DNA of 64,000 nucleotides from NCBI GenBank assembly GCA_040382235.1, contig JBEIFV010000001.1, forward strand, positions 383-64,382, given 5' to 3'. Position numbers and translations under genes: made by a program. Under the pieces are notes generated by a model. That model did not search any database. It had not been told where the DNA came from and was given only the letters and a program-made list of their open reading frames with translations. Below, piece after piece: positions 18,404 through 32,044 of the stretch (position 1 is the stretch's first letter; every line of letters begins with the position of its first letter). This stretch comes from Burkholderiales bacterium (GTDB lineage Bacteria; Pseudomonadota; Gammaproteobacteria; Burkholderiales; JAEUOS01).

Positions 18404-20221
18404 ATGGCCACCACCTCCCCTAAACCGCCAGCCAACCAGCCCGGCCTTGATCCAAGGATGCTGGCCAATGCCGTCGAGGACGTCACCCGCCGCATGACGG
18501 CGCTGGCGCCGCAACTGCTCGAAAAGCAGGCGGCCGACCTTGAGTCGCAAATGCAGGACGAGTTCGGCGTGCAAAAGGCCTTCGGCGAGGTCATGCAGAG
18601 AATGCTGGCCGATCCGCAGAAGCTTGTTGAAGTGCAGGGCAAATACATGGCGGACCTGGGCGCACTCTGGCAGAAGTCGCTGGCCGCCACCAGCGGCCAG
18701 GGCGCCAAGCTCGAACCCTTGAAGGACCGCCGCTTCTCCGACGAGGCATGGAGCGGCAACCCCTGGTTCGACTTCCTCTCGCGCTCCTACCTGCTTGGTG
18801 CCGAGCACATGAAGAATGTGGTCGCAAAAGTCGATGGCGTATCGCCGCAGACCAGGGCCAAGGCGATGTACTACACCCGCCAGATCGTCGACGCGGTGTC
18901 GCCTTCGAACTTTGCGCTGACCAATCCACAGGTGTTGAAGGCCACCACCGAATCGGGCGGCGCGAACCTGGTGAAGGGTATGCAAAACATGCTGCGCGAC
19001 ATGGAAAAGGGCAAGGGCGCCCTGTCGATCGCGATGACCGACACCAAGGCCTTCGAGATGGGCAAGAACGTCGCCTCGACGCCGGGCAAGGTGGTGTTCC
19101 AGAACGACCTGATGCAGCTCCTGATGTACCAGCCTTCGACCAAGACGGTGGGCAAGCGCCCGCTGATGATCATCCCGCCGTGGATCAACAAGTATTACAT
19201 CCTCGACCTGCAGCCCAAGAATTCCTTCATCAAGTGGGCGGTGGACCAGGGCCACACGGTGTTCGTGATCTCGTGGGTGATGCCGGATGCGAAGCTCGCG
19301 AAGAAGACGTTCGACGACTACATGCTGGAAGGACCGCTGGCGGCGATGGATGCTATCGCCAAATGCAGCGGCGAAAAAGAGGTCAACGCGATCGGCTACT
19401 GCCTGGGCGGCACCTTGCTCGCCTGCACCCTGGGCTATCTCACGGCGAAGAAGGACAACCGCATCCGCACGGCCACCTTCTTCACCAGCCTGATTGACTT
19501 TGCCAAACCGGGTGACCTGGGCGTGTATGTGGACGAGGCGCAGGTCGACGCGCTGGAAAAGCGCATGCACAAGCGCGGTGGCTACATGGAAGGCAGCGAG
19601 ATGGCCGGCACCTTCAACATGCTGCGCGCCAACGACCTGATCTGGTCGTTCTATGTGCACAACTACCTTTTGGGCAAGGACCCCTTCCCCTTCGACCTGT
19701 TGTACTGGAATTCGGATGCCACCCGCATGCCGATGGCCATGCACCTTTTCTACCTGCGCGAGATGTACATCAAGAACCGATTGGTGCAGCCGGGCGGCGT
19801 CACTCTCGATGGCACGCCGATCGACTTGTCGAAAGTGAAGTCGCCAGCCTATTTCATCTCGACGGTGGAAGACCACATCGCCCCCTGGGCCACCACCTAC
19901 ACCGGGGCGCGCACCCTGGGCGGCGCCAACAAATTCGTGTTGGGAGGCTCCGGCCACATCGCCGGCATCGTCAACCCGCCAGCGGCCAACAAGTACGGCT
20001 ACTGGACCAACGCCAAACTGGTCCCCAAGGCCGAAGACTGGCTGGCTGGCGCCACCAAACACGACGGTTCCTGGTGGACCGACTGGGACAAGTGGATCAG
20101 GTCACACAACCCGGAAAAGCCGGTGCCCGCACGGGTGCCGGGGGATGCCCTGCGTGGCGGCAAGTTGAAAGCGTTGGAAGACGCACCGGGTTCGTTTGCC
20201 AAGCTGCGGCTCGACAAGTAA
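18404..20221 (+). CDS. phaC: Class I poly(3-hydroxyalkanoate) synthase
   Basis: 605 aa with the lipase-box variant GYCLGGTLL. Also has the conserved PhaC N-domain and the PPWINKYYILDL and WNSDATRMP motifs. Confidence 0.93.
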   Translation: MATTSPKPPANQPGLDPRMLANAVEDVTRRMTALAPQLLEKQAADLESQMQDEFGVQKAFGEVMQRMLADPQKLVEVQGKYMADLGALWQKSLAATSGQGAKLEPLKDRRFSDEAWSGNPWFDFLSRSYLLGAEHMKNVVAKVDGVSPQTRAKAMYYTRQIVDAVSPSNFALTNPQVLKATTESGGANLVKGMQNMLRDMEKGKGALSIAMTDTKAFEMGKNVASTPGKVVFQNDLMQLLMYQPSTKTVGKRPLMIIPPWINKYYILDLQPKNSFIKWAVDQGHTVFVISWVMPDAKLAKKTFDDYMLEGPLAAMDAIAKCSGEKEVNAIGYCLGGTLLACTLGYLTAKKDNRIRTATFFTSLIDFAKPGDLGVYVDEAQVDALEKRMHKRGGYMEGSEMAGTFNMLRANDLIWSFYVHNYLLGKDPFPFDLLYWNSDATRMPMAMHLFYLREMYIKNRLVQPGGVTLDGTPIDLSKVKSPAYFISTVEDHIAPWATTYTGARTLGGANKFVLGGSGHIAGIVNPPAANKYGYWTNAKLVPKAEDWLAGATKHDGSWWTDWDKWIRSHNPEKPVPARVPGDALRGGKLKALEDAPGSFAKLRLDK

Positions 20222-20285
20222 GACCGTACGCCACGAATCCTGAAGCGGGTGGCGGCAAGTTGAAGGCTACTAGACGGGCCTGGGT

Positions 20286-21017
20286 TTACACAGGCGCAGC
20301 GCCGTCCCCACGCATCCATGCCGCGAGCGCTGCTGCGCATGGCGCGGGTCGTTCCATCGGCGCCATGTGGCCGCTTTCCTCGATCACCACAAGACGTGCG
20401 CCAGCCACCAGTGCGGCCATTTCCACATGCCGGGCGAGCGGGCTCCAGGCATCCTGCCGGCCGCAACCAAACAGTGTCGGGCAACGGATGCCGCGCAACA
20501 CGTCGGTCGCATCCGGGCGCGCCAGCAAAGCCTCGACCTGCGCTGCAAATACATGCAGCGGATGTCGCGCCACCATTTCAGCGATGGCGTCGGTCAATGC
20601 CTGATCGGTCTGGCGCGCCGGATGCACCATGCCCTTCAACCATGCCAGCCCCATGGCACGCATGCCGTCGCGCCCGGCCAGCGCGATGAGCGCGTGGCGC
20701 TGATCGCGCTCAAGCGCGCCGGCGGCACCGTCCGGCCGAGACTGGAAGCCGCTGTCGAGCAGGGCCAAGCGCTCCACCCGATCTGCGGCCAGCCGCATGA
20801 TCTCCAGCGCCACGCGCCCGCCCATCGAGTGACCAGCCAGCGCGAAACGCGGCGGCGCCGACGCCAGCACGCGCTCCGCCATCGCGGGAATCGAAGCCAG
20901 TTCGCCGTAGTCGGCGATGCGGCAATCAGCCACCTGCCCCAACATCGGCAGCAGTGGCGCCCACACCGCGCGGTCGCATACCAGGCCGGGCAACAGCAAC
21001 AGGGGCGTCATGCGCAC
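20286..21017 (-). CDS. Alpha/beta-fold hydrolase
   Basis: 243 aa. LLLPGLVCD and the nucleophile elbow AGHSMGG are present, plus a C-terminal GHMAPMERP. Confidence 0.8.
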   Translation of the reverse strand: MRMTPLLLLPGLVCDRAVWAPLLPMLGQVADCRIADYGELASIPAMAERVLASAPPRFALAGHSMGGRVALEIMRLAADRVERLALLDSGFQSRPDGAAGALERDQRHALIALAGRDGMRAMGLAWLKGMVHPARQTDQALTDAIAEMVARHPLHVFAAQVEALLARPDATDVLRGIRCPTLFGCGRQDAWSPLARHVEMAALVAGARLVVIEESGHMAPMERPAPCAAALAAWMRGDGAAPV

Positions 21018-21029
21018 AGCGGCACAGAG

Positions 21030-22010
21030 CTACTGCTTCTCGATCTTGGCGCGGTTGATCACCTCTGTCCAGCGCTTGATCTCGCTGGCCAGCAGATCAT
21101 TCAATTGCTCCGGTGTTCCGGCGCGCGCATCGACCCCGAGCTCCTTGAGGCGCTGCCGGACCGCCGGCGCATTGACCGCTGCCGCGACTTCGCGGTTGAG
21201 GCGCGCGATCACGTCACGTGGAGTCTTGGCCGGCGCCGCCAGCGCGTTCCACGAGGCCACGTTGAAGTTGGCAATGCCCGCTTCGCGCACCGTCGGCACA
21301 TCCGGCAGGCCATCGAAGCGCTTGTCGCCCATCACCGCCAGTACCCGTACCGCCTTGGCCGAGATCTGCGACATCACCGGCCCCAGGATTTCGACAGCCA
21401 GATCGATCTCGCCGCCGCGCAGCGCGGTGATGACCGCCGGTGTGCCCTTGAACGGCACGATCTGCGCATCGATGCCGGCGCTCGACTTGAACAATTCGCC
21501 GGCCAGGTTCTGCGTGCTGCCGATATTGATGGTGCCGATGTTGAGCTTGCCCGGATTCGCGCGGCCGAAGGCGATCAGTTCCGCCAGCGTCTTGAAGCGT
21601 GATTCGGTGCCGGCGATGAGCGCGATGTCGAAAAACCCCAGGGTCGAGACGGTCGCGAAATCCTTGACCGGGTCGAACGGCAAGGCCTTGAAGAGCCCGG
21701 CCGACACCGCCGTGCCGTTGGACATCAGGAGCAGGGTATAGCCGTCAGGTTCGGCCTTGGCCACCGCTTCCGATGCCACGATGCCGCCGGCGCTCGGCCG
21801 GTTGTCCACCAGCACCTGCTGGCCCAGGGTTTCGCTCATCCTCTGCGCGACTGTGCGCGCGGTGATGTCGGCGATGCCGCCGGCACCGAAGGGCACGATG
21901 ATGCGGATGGGTTTGGTGGGAAACGCCTGTGCGGACGCCAGGCTTGCATGCAAGGCAGTGCTTAGCGCCAGGAAAAGCGGCCAAAAGAGGGTGCGAACGG
22001 ACTTGAACAT
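21030..22010 (-). CDS. Bug-family (TctC-like) substrate-binding protein
   Basis: 326 aa with a signal peptide, then PIRIIVPFGAGGIADITAR...DNRPSAGG. Confidence 0.9.
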   Translation of the reverse strand: MFKSVRTLFWPLFLALSTALHASLASAQAFPTKPIRIIVPFGAGGIADITARTVAQRMSETLGQQVLVDNRPSAGGIVASEAVAKAEPDGYTLLLMSNGTAVSAGLFKALPFDPVKDFATVSTLGFFDIALIAGTESRFKTLAELIAFGRANPGKLNIGTINIGSTQNLAGELFKSSAGIDAQIVPFKGTPAVITALRGGEIDLAVEILGPVMSQISAKAVRVLAVMGDKRFDGLPDVPTVREAGIANFNVASWNALAAPAKTPRDVIARLNREVAAAVNAPAVRQRLKELGVDARAGTPEQLNDLLASEIKRWTEVINRAKIEKQ

Positions 22011-22176
22011 GACAGGTCTTCCATGGGTTAGAGCTTATGTAAATCGTGACGAAAACAAGTCTTTGGCCTGACTGCTCTGATTGCCACAATCGGCACAAAT
22101 AAAAAGCACAGCTTGTCCGCAGCGGAACTGCACCCCGGTAAACGCCGGTGATCGCAGCGCCGCCGGAGCGGCCCTG

Positions 22177-22671
22177 CTACTTGGAGCCCGCAAATCCCGG
22201 GCCCCCAACCAGCTTGTTCCAGGACGCCACAGCGCCGCCCTTGGGATAGGTCTTGATCTCGATCCGCACGGAATCTTCCAGCGCCTCGTGCTGGTGGACC
22301 ATGCCCATCGGGTGGTAGTACGTATCGCCCTCCTCCACGATGAATACCTCGCGGCCGATGCGCATGCGCACCCGTCCCTTCTTCTGGTAGACCGTCGAGT
22401 GGTGATCCGGATGGAGATGGGCGGTATCGATCGCACCCTTGCTGCGAAACGATTCGAACATGACCATGTGGTCGGTGACCATCAAGACCTTGAGCGTATC
22501 CACGCCATCCTGGGCCTTTGCATAGTCGGGCCGGATGGTTTCGCCGGCGCGCATCGAGCCGGGAACATGCAACCTTCCGATGTCGTCCGGATGCATGTAG
22601 CAGATGGGTCCCGCGGACACGGGCAATCTGCGTGCTTGTGCCGCGCCGGGCTTGGTCGCTGCGCGTTTCAT
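22177..22671 (-). CDS. Cupin domain protein
   Basis: Internal Met at 22671. The HLHPDHHSTVYQKKGRVRMRIG...GDTYYHPMGMVH pattern is a cupin two-motif core. Confidence 0.6.
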   Translation of the reverse strand: MKRAATKPGAAQARRLPVSAGPICYMHPDDIGRLHVPGSMRAGETIRPDYAKAQDGVDTLKVLMVTDHMVMFESFRSKGAIDTAHLHPDHHSTVYQKKGRVRMRIGREVFIVEEGDTYYHPMGMVHQHEALEDSVRIEIKTYPKGGAVASWNKLVGGPGFAGSK

Positions 22672-22818
22672 GATCCCTCCCGAGGTGTCTGCGGTGTTTG
22701 ACTGTGAATTGCGGTACAAGGCCGAAAAGTGAGCGGCCTTGGTTGGCCCTTGTCATGCATGATAATGACACGTCGCAAGCATCGCTTGCGCATTTTTCCC
22801 GAGCTTGAGGGTGTCCGG

Positions 22819-23160
22819 ATGCCGACCATAACGTTTATCGAGTTCGATGGAACCGTGCGCAAGGTCAACGCCAGGGTGGGCATGTCCTTCCTCGCTGCGG
22901 CGCAGAAGAACGGCGTCGATCTCGAAGGCGCTTGCGGCGGATCGCTTGCATGTGCCACTTGCCACCTGATCATGGAGTCTGAGTGGTACGCACGCCTGCC
23001 ACCGGCCGCCGCGCCTGAAAAGCTGCTGCTCGATGTCGCCTTCGACATGACCGCGACCTCCCGCCTCGGCTGCCAGTTGAAGATCACCAAAGACCTGGAC
23101 GGCTGTGTCGTGCGGGTTGCCGACAAGAACAGGAATCTCGCCCTGTCCCCGTTGACTTGA
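22819..23160 (+). CDS. Adrenodoxin-type [2Fe-2S] ferredoxin
   Basis: Starts MPTITFIEFDGT. Cys ligand pattern is GACGGSLACATCH...SRLGCQ. Confidence 0.85.
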   Translation: MPTITFIEFDGTVRKVNARVGMSFLAAAQKNGVDLEGACGGSLACATCHLIMESEWYARLPPAAAPEKLLLDVAFDMTATSRLGCQLKITKDLDGCVVRVADKNRNLALSPLT

Positions 23161-23171
23161 TAGGAGTGCGC

Positions 23172-25441
<2,270 letters not shown>

Positions 25442-25446
25442 TTGGT

Positions 25447-26364
25447 TTAGCTCCAGTACAGGCGGGTGGGATTGTCGACCAGCAGCATGCGCTGCAGTTC
25501 CGGCGTCAAGGCGATGTGCGGAATGAAATCCACCAGCAGGCCGTCGTCCGGCATGTGGTCCTTCAGGTTCGGGTGCGGCCAGTCGGTGCCCCACAGTACG
25601 CGGTCGGGGAAGGTTTCGACCAGATGCCTGGCGAAAGGCACTACATCACGATAGGCGCTTTGCTCGTCGTTCAAGGCAGGCGGACCGGCCACCGAAAGCC
25701 GCTCCGGGCAGGTCACCTTGGACCATATGTTGGGGTGCTCGCGCATCATCTTCACGAACAGCTGGAATTGCGGACCGTCCACTGGCATGCCGACATCCGG
25801 CCGGCCCATGTGGTCGACCACCACCGTGGTCGGCAGGGCGGTGAAAAAATCCCACAACTCCGGCAGGTCGACGGCTTCGAAATAGATCACCACATGCCAA
25901 CCCAGCGGCGCGATGCGCCGGGCGATTTCCATCAGTTCGTCCCGCGGCGTGAAATCGACCAGGCGCTTGACGAAGTTGAAGCGGGTGCCGCGCACGCCGG
26001 CGGCGTGCATTTCCTGCAATTCACGATCGGTCACATCACGCTTTACCGTGGCAATGCCGCGCGCACGGCCGTTGGCGGCCTTGAGCGCATCGACCAGGGC
26101 GCGATTGTCGCTGCCGTGACAGGTCGCCTGCACGATCACGTTCATGTCGAAGCCGAGGTGGTCGCGCAAGGCGAACAACTGCTGCTTCGATGCGTCACAC
26201 GGCGTGTACTTGCGCTCCGGCGCATAGGGGAATTCGGCGCCGGGACCGAACACATGGCAATGCGCATCCACGCTGCCGGGCGGCAACTTGAAGTGCGGTT
26301 TCGAGGGGCCGGCGTACCAGTCGAGCCAGCCCGGGGTTTTCGTAAACGGGGGGTTCAATGCCAT
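25447..26364 (-). CDS. ligI: 2-pyrone-4,6-dicarboxylate lactonase
   Basis: 305 aa amidohydrolase with DAHCHVFGP..., in lig-cluster context. Confidence 0.8.
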   Translation of the reverse strand: MALNPPFTKTPGWLDWYAGPSKPHFKLPPGSVDAHCHVFGPGAEFPYAPERKYTPCDASKQQLFALRDHLGFDMNVIVQATCHGSDNRALVDALKAANGRARGIATVKRDVTDRELQEMHAAGVRGTRFNFVKRLVDFTPRDELMEIARRIAPLGWHVVIYFEAVDLPELWDFFTALPTTVVVDHMGRPDVGMPVDGPQFQLFVKMMREHPNIWSKVTCPERLSVAGPPALNDEQSAYRDVVPFARHLVETFPDRVLWGTDWPHPNLKDHMPDDGLLVDFIPHIALTPELQRMLLVDNPTRLYWS

Positions 26365-26399
26365 GATGGTCTTCGCGGATCAAGGGTCTGCATGAAACG

Positions 26400-27611
<1,212 letters not shown>

Positions 27612-27623
27612 TCAGGCGACGCG

Positions 27624-28313
27624 CTAATCGATGTACTTGAGCCCGGCCTTTTCCAGCGGGCCACGCATGTTGTACATGTCCAGCCCCAGCACGCCGGATG
27701 CCAGCTTGGCGCGCTTCTCCGCTTCATTGGCTTCGCGCGCCTCTGCCGCATCGGCCGCGGCCTGCGCGAAAGCCGCCGGCACCACCACCACGCCATCATC
27801 ATCGGCGACGATCACGTCACCGGGGTTGACCCACGCACCGGCGCAGACCACCGGCACATTGACCGAGCCGATGGTGGCCTTGACCGTGCCCTTGGCGCTG
27901 ATGGCGCGCGAAAACACCGGGAACGGCATCGCCGTCAGGTCCTTCACATCGCGAACGCCGGCGTCGATCACCAGGCCCACCGCGCCGCGCGCCTTGAACG
28001 AGGTGGCGAGCAGGTCGCCGAACATGCCGTCTTCGTTGTCGGTGGTGCAGGCGACCACCGCCACGTCGCCCGGCCGCAATTGCTCGGCGGCCACGTGCAG
28101 CATCCAGTTGTCGCCGGGGTGCGCCAGCACGGTCACGGCAGTGCCGCAAAAGTGCGCGCCGGCGAAGATCGGACGCATGTAGGTTTTCATCAGGCCGACG
28201 CGGCCCATCGCCTCGTGGATCGAGGCCACGCCGAAGCGCGACAGCTTGTCCACCGCGGCGCGCTCGGCGCGCACGATGTTGCGTTTGACCAGCCCCAGGT
28301 TGTTCATGCTCAT
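27624..28313 (-). CDS. ligK: 4-carboxy-4-hydroxy-2-oxoadipate aldolase / oxaloacetate decarboxylase (RraA-fold)
   Basis: 229 aa RraA-like protein ([25 protein letters not shown]), in lig-cluster context. Confidence 0.85.
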   Translation of the reverse strand: MSMNNLGLVKRNIVRAERAAVDKLSRFGVASIHEAMGRVGLMKTYMRPIFAGAHFCGTAVTVLAHPGDNWMLHVAAEQLRPGDVAVVACTTDNEDGMFGDLLATSFKARGAVGLVIDAGVRDVKDLTAMPFPVFSRAISAKGTVKATIGSVNVPVVCAGAWVNPGDVIVADDDGVVVVPAAFAQAAADAAEAREANEAEKRAKLASGVLGLDMYNMRGPLEKAGLKYID

Positions 28314-29335
28314 TTCCCTCGGGCTTTCAGGCTGCGATCCAGGCGCGGAAACACGCGCCGCGCATTGCCTTCGTAGATCTTGTGGCGCTGTTCGGGATTG
28401 ATGGCGGCGGCTTCGATATAGCGCTTGGTGTCATCGTAGTAGTTGCCGGTTTCCGGGTCGATGCCGCGCACCGCGCCGACCATCTCTGAGGCGAACAGTA
28501 TGTTGTCCACCGGAATCACCTTTGTCAGCAGGTCGATGCCGGGCTGATGATAGACGCAGGTGTCGAAGAAGATGTTGTTCAACAGGTGATCCTTGAGCAG
28601 GGGCTTTTTCATCTCCTGCGCCAGGCCGCGGAATCGGCCCCAGTGGTAAGGAACCGCGCCGCCGCCATGCGGAATCAGGAACTTGAGGGTGGGAAAATCC
28701 TTGAACAGGTCGCCCTGTATGCACTGCATGAAAGCGGTGGTGTCGGCGTTCAGGTAATGCGCGCCGGTGGTGTGGAAGCAGGCGTTGCAGGAGGTCGACA
28801 CATGGATCATGGCCGGGATCTCGTACTCGACCATTTTTTCGTAGATCGGATACCAGTGATGGTCGGTCAAAGGCGGGCTGGTCCAGTGCCCGCCGGAAGG
28901 GTCCGGGTTCAGGTTGATGCCGACAAAACCATATTCCTTGACGCAGCGCTCCAATTCGGCAATGCAGGTCGCCGGATCCACTCCGGGCGACTGCGGAAGC
29001 ATGGCCGCGCCGATGAATTGCTCGGGGAATAGTTTCGATACGCGAAAACACAACTCATTGCAGATCGCCGCCCAGGTGGACGAGACATTGAAGTCGCCGA
29101 TATGGTGCGCCATGAACGAGGCCCGGGGCGAGAAGATCGTGAGATCGGAGCCGCGCTCCTTCATCAGCTTCAACTGGTTGACCTCGATCGATTCGCGCAA
29201 CTCGTCGTCGCTGATTTTCAGGTCGGCAACCCTGGGCGCGAGCGTGGGGTCCTTGATGCTCGCGACTTGCTGGTTGCGCCAGGTTTCCAGTGCCTTGGGA
29301 GCGGTGGTGTAGTGGCCGTGACAATCGATGATCAT
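28310..29335 (-). CDS. ligJ: 4-oxalomesaconate hydratase
   Basis: The real start is [16 protein letters not shown] at 29335. The 171 codons upstream in the track ORF are antisense to the LysR gene and look non-coding. It is an amidohydrolase_2 fold, and its stop overlaps the ligK start. Confidence 0.85.
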   Translation of the reverse strand: MIIDCHGHYTTAPKALETWRNQQVASIKDPTLAPRVADLKISDDELRESIEVNQLKLMKERGSDLTIFSPRASFMAHHIGDFNVSSTWAAICNELCFRVSKLFPEQFIGAAMLPQSPGVDPATCIAELERCVKEYGFVGINLNPDPSGGHWTSPPLTDHHWYPIYEKMVEYEIPAMIHVSTSCNACFHTTGAHYLNADTTAFMQCIQGDLFKDFPTLKFLIPHGGGAVPYHWGRFRGLAQEMKKPLLKDHLLNNIFFDTCVYHQPGIDLLTKVIPVDNILFASEMVGAVRGIDPETGNYYDDTKRYIEAAAINPEQRHKIYEGNARRVFPRLDRSLKARGK

Positions 29336-29489
29336 GCGGATAATCCCCGGGTTCGAAGGCGATCTGAGCCGTCGCGCTTTGCTGCGCGCGAAATAGTCCA
29401 AAATTATCCGCCAATTGAGGTCTGGCGAAACAGGTATTGCTAAACTATCTGCTATCGCAGTTCGGCATAACCTGTGCGTACCATCTGCC

Positions 29490-30374
29490 GTGAACCTGAA
29501 ACAACTCGAATACTTCGTCCACGTCGCCGAACTCGGCAGCTTCACGCGTGCCGCCGACCATCTGCGCGTCGCCCAGCCGGCGCTGTCGCGCCAGGTGCGC
29601 CAACTGGAAGTGGAACTGCGGCAGAACCTGCTCACGCGCAATGGCCGCGGCGTCGCACTGACCGATGCCGGGCGGCGCCTGCTGGAACACGGTCGCGGCA
29701 TCCTGCACCAGGTGGCGCGCGCACGCGAAGACCTGGAGGAGATGCGCGGTGCGCCGGTCGGCCATGTCACGCTCGGCGTGCCGCCGACCGTCGGGCGCCT
29801 GATCACCGCCACGCTGGTGGAAGAATTTCGCAAGCGCTTTCCCAAGGCCACTCTGGGGATTGTCGAAGGCCTGTCGGTGAACGTGACCGAATGGCTGGTG
29901 TCGGGCCGTATCGACGTCGGTCTGGTCTACAACCCGACGCCGGCGCCTTCGATCGAAACCCGCCCGTTGGTGTCCGAACCGCTGTACCTGATCGGACCGG
30001 CCGCCAGCAAGGTTGCGCCGGGCCGCACCGGACGGCCAGTGGCGCTCAAGGAAGTCGCCGCGCATGGCCTGATCGTGCCGAGCCGGCCTCATGCGGTGCG
30101 CATGTTCGTCGAGCGCGCACTGGCCGACATCGGCGAGCGCATCCAGGTCGCTCTCGAGATCGATGGCATTCCCTCGATTCTCGACCTGGTGGCCGGTGGT
30201 CACGGCTTCGCCGTGCTGTCGTTCAACGCCATCCGCAACGATCCCCTGCGCGAACGCCTGCTGGCGCGGCCGATCATCAAGCCGCGCCTGATCACCACCC
30301 TTAGCATCGCCACCTCGGCGCAGCGGCCGATGACCCGCTGGGCAGGCAGATGGTGGACATGCTGCGCGATGTAG
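29490..30374 (+). CDS. LysR-family transcriptional regulator (LigR-like); 3-prime end probably frameshifted
   Basis: GTG 29490 (VNLKQLEYFVHVAELGSFTRAADHLRVAQPALSRQVRQLE). It is divergent from ligJ. The annotated frame ends in the W/C-rich TRWAGRWWTCCAM. A neighbouring frame reads LGRQMVDMLRDVVPGELADAGA* to 30406. Confidence 0.85.
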   Translation: MNLKQLEYFVHVAELGSFTRAADHLRVAQPALSRQVRQLEVELRQNLLTRNGRGVALTDAGRRLLEHGRGILHQVARAREDLEEMRGAPVGHVTLGVPPTVGRLITATLVEEFRKRFPKATLGIVEGLSVNVTEWLVSGRIDVGLVYNPTPAPSIETRPLVSEPLYLIGPAASKVAPGRTGRPVALKEVAAHGLIVPSRPHAVRMFVERALADIGERIQVALEIDGIPSILDLVAGGHGFAVLSFNAIRNDPLRERLLARPIIKPRLITTLSIATSAQRPMTRWAGRWWTCCAM

Positions 30375-30440
30375 TACCGGGCGAACTGGCTGACGCAGGT
30401 GCATAGGCATGCCCGACATGCGCGCGGACCAGGCCAGACC

Positions 30441-31886
30441 ATGAAGCGCATCATCATCGTCGGTGGCGGCTTTTCCGGCACCTCGGCCGCTGTGCAACTG
30501 GTGCGTCGCAGTCCGGCGGCACTTGACATCACCATTGTCGAACCGCGCGAGCACATCGGCGGCGGACTGGCCTACAGCTCGGACGAGCCCGACCATCGGC
30601 TCAACGGCCAGCCCGGCATGCACAGCCCCGATCCTGCCGATATCGGGATGTTCGCGCGCTGGTGCGATGCGCGCGACGCCTATGCCGCCGACCCCGAAGC
30701 GCGGCTGGCCAACGGCACCACATTCCTGCGCCGTTCGGTGTTCCGCATGTTCCTGCAGGAAACGGCAGCCAAGCATGCGAACTGGCCGACCGGCTCGTCA
30801 ATTCGTCATGTGCGCGATGTCGCCGTCGATGTGTTGGCAGGCGCGTCGACGCTATCGGTTACGACCGCAGGCGGCGCGTCGCACGAGGGCGAGATAGTGG
30901 TGCTGGCGCCCGGGCATACCCGCGCGCGCCTGCCCGCCAGTTTCGGCGCCGGCCTTGCAGGGCATGCGCGCATCGTCGTCGATCCGCTGGCGGCGGCGCG
31001 CCTGCCGCTGCCCGCGCCCGCAGAGCGGGTGCTGGTGCTGGGCAGCGGCCTGACTGCCTACGACATCGTCTCCACGCTGCTCGCAGCCGGGCATCGCGGA
31101 CCGATCGATGTGGTGTCGCGGCGCGGACTGCGGCCGCAGCCGCAGCGCCCGCCGCCCGCGCCCGGCGAAGCCCCGTTGCCCCCGATGCTCGAACGTCTTG
31201 CGGCCCCGCCTGATGCATTCATCCGTGCAGCCGGCAATCCGCCCACCGTGCGCGCCCTGCTCACCGCCCTGCGTCGGCAGATCCGCGCCGTCGCACGCAG
31301 CGGGGAATCCTGGGATGCCTCCTTCGATCACCTGCGCGACATGGTGGGCCAGGTGTGGCCGGCGATGGCGGTGGCCGAGAAGCGACGCTTTTTTCGCCAA
31401 TTGCGGCCGTGGTACGACACCCACCGTTTTCGCGTCGCGCCGCAAAACGCCCTCATTGTTGCCGCGGCCGAAAGGCGCGGCCAGGTGCGCTTTCGCGCCG
31501 CCAGCCTGGAAGGTGTTGCCTCCGGCGGTGCGGATGCACCTTTGCGTATCGCCTTGCGCGAGCGCGGTGCTGCCGCTGCCGCAATCTCGGACTACGACCG
31601 CGTGATCAATTGCACCGGGGTCGATTCCACTCAACCATCGTCCATACCGCTTTATGCGGCGCTGCTTGGGCGCGGCATGCTCAGTGTCGACGCCAGCGGC
31701 GTCGGCCTGGCGGTTGATGGCCGCTATCGGGCGATCGCGCGCGATGGCAGCGCGGCGGCACGCCTGCGCGTGGTGGGCCCGCCTACGCTGGGGGCGCGCG
31801 GCGATCCGCTGGGCAGCGCTTTCATCGGCATCCAGATCTACAACATGATTCCCGACCTGCTTGCGGTGCTCGAAAGCCACCAGTGA
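30441..31886 (+). CDS. FAD/NAD(P)-binding domain protein (COG4529-like)
   Basis: Starts MKRIIIVGGGFSGTSAAVQL (GxGxxG). A second dinucleotide motif is VLVLGSGLTAYD. Confidence 0.7.
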   Translation: MKRIIIVGGGFSGTSAAVQLVRRSPAALDITIVEPREHIGGGLAYSSDEPDHRLNGQPGMHSPDPADIGMFARWCDARDAYAADPEARLANGTTFLRRSVFRMFLQETAAKHANWPTGSSIRHVRDVAVDVLAGASTLSVTTAGGASHEGEIVVLAPGHTRARLPASFGAGLAGHARIVVDPLAAARLPLPAPAERVLVLGSGLTAYDIVSTLLAAGHRGPIDVVSRRGLRPQPQRPPPAPGEAPLPPMLERLAAPPDAFIRAAGNPPTVRALLTALRRQIRAVARSGESWDASFDHLRDMVGQVWPAMAVAEKRRFFRQLRPWYDTHRFRVAPQNALIVAAAERRGQVRFRAASLEGVASGGADAPLRIALRERGAAAAAISDYDRVINCTGVDSTQPSSIPLYAALLGRGMLSVDASGVGLAVDGRYRAIARDGSAAARLRVVGPPTLGARGDPLGSAFIGIQIYNMIPDLLAVLESHQ

Positions 31887-32044
31887 TCGGCGCGGCGGAT
31901 GCCACTTCGCAAGGTGCCGGCTGCCTGCGAACTAGGGAAACACTGAATATGTACGTAGGTTGAGAGAGCTGCTTCTGCCATCACTTGAATTGAAACGAGC
32001 TTCCGTTCGATAGCCCGCATTCCAGGGACTTATCCAGCGCTTTC

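Noticed and set aside
18365-20062. 565-aa ORF on the minus strand
   Set aside because: It is antisense to phaC, whose motifs are unambiguous. It is a shadow ORF.
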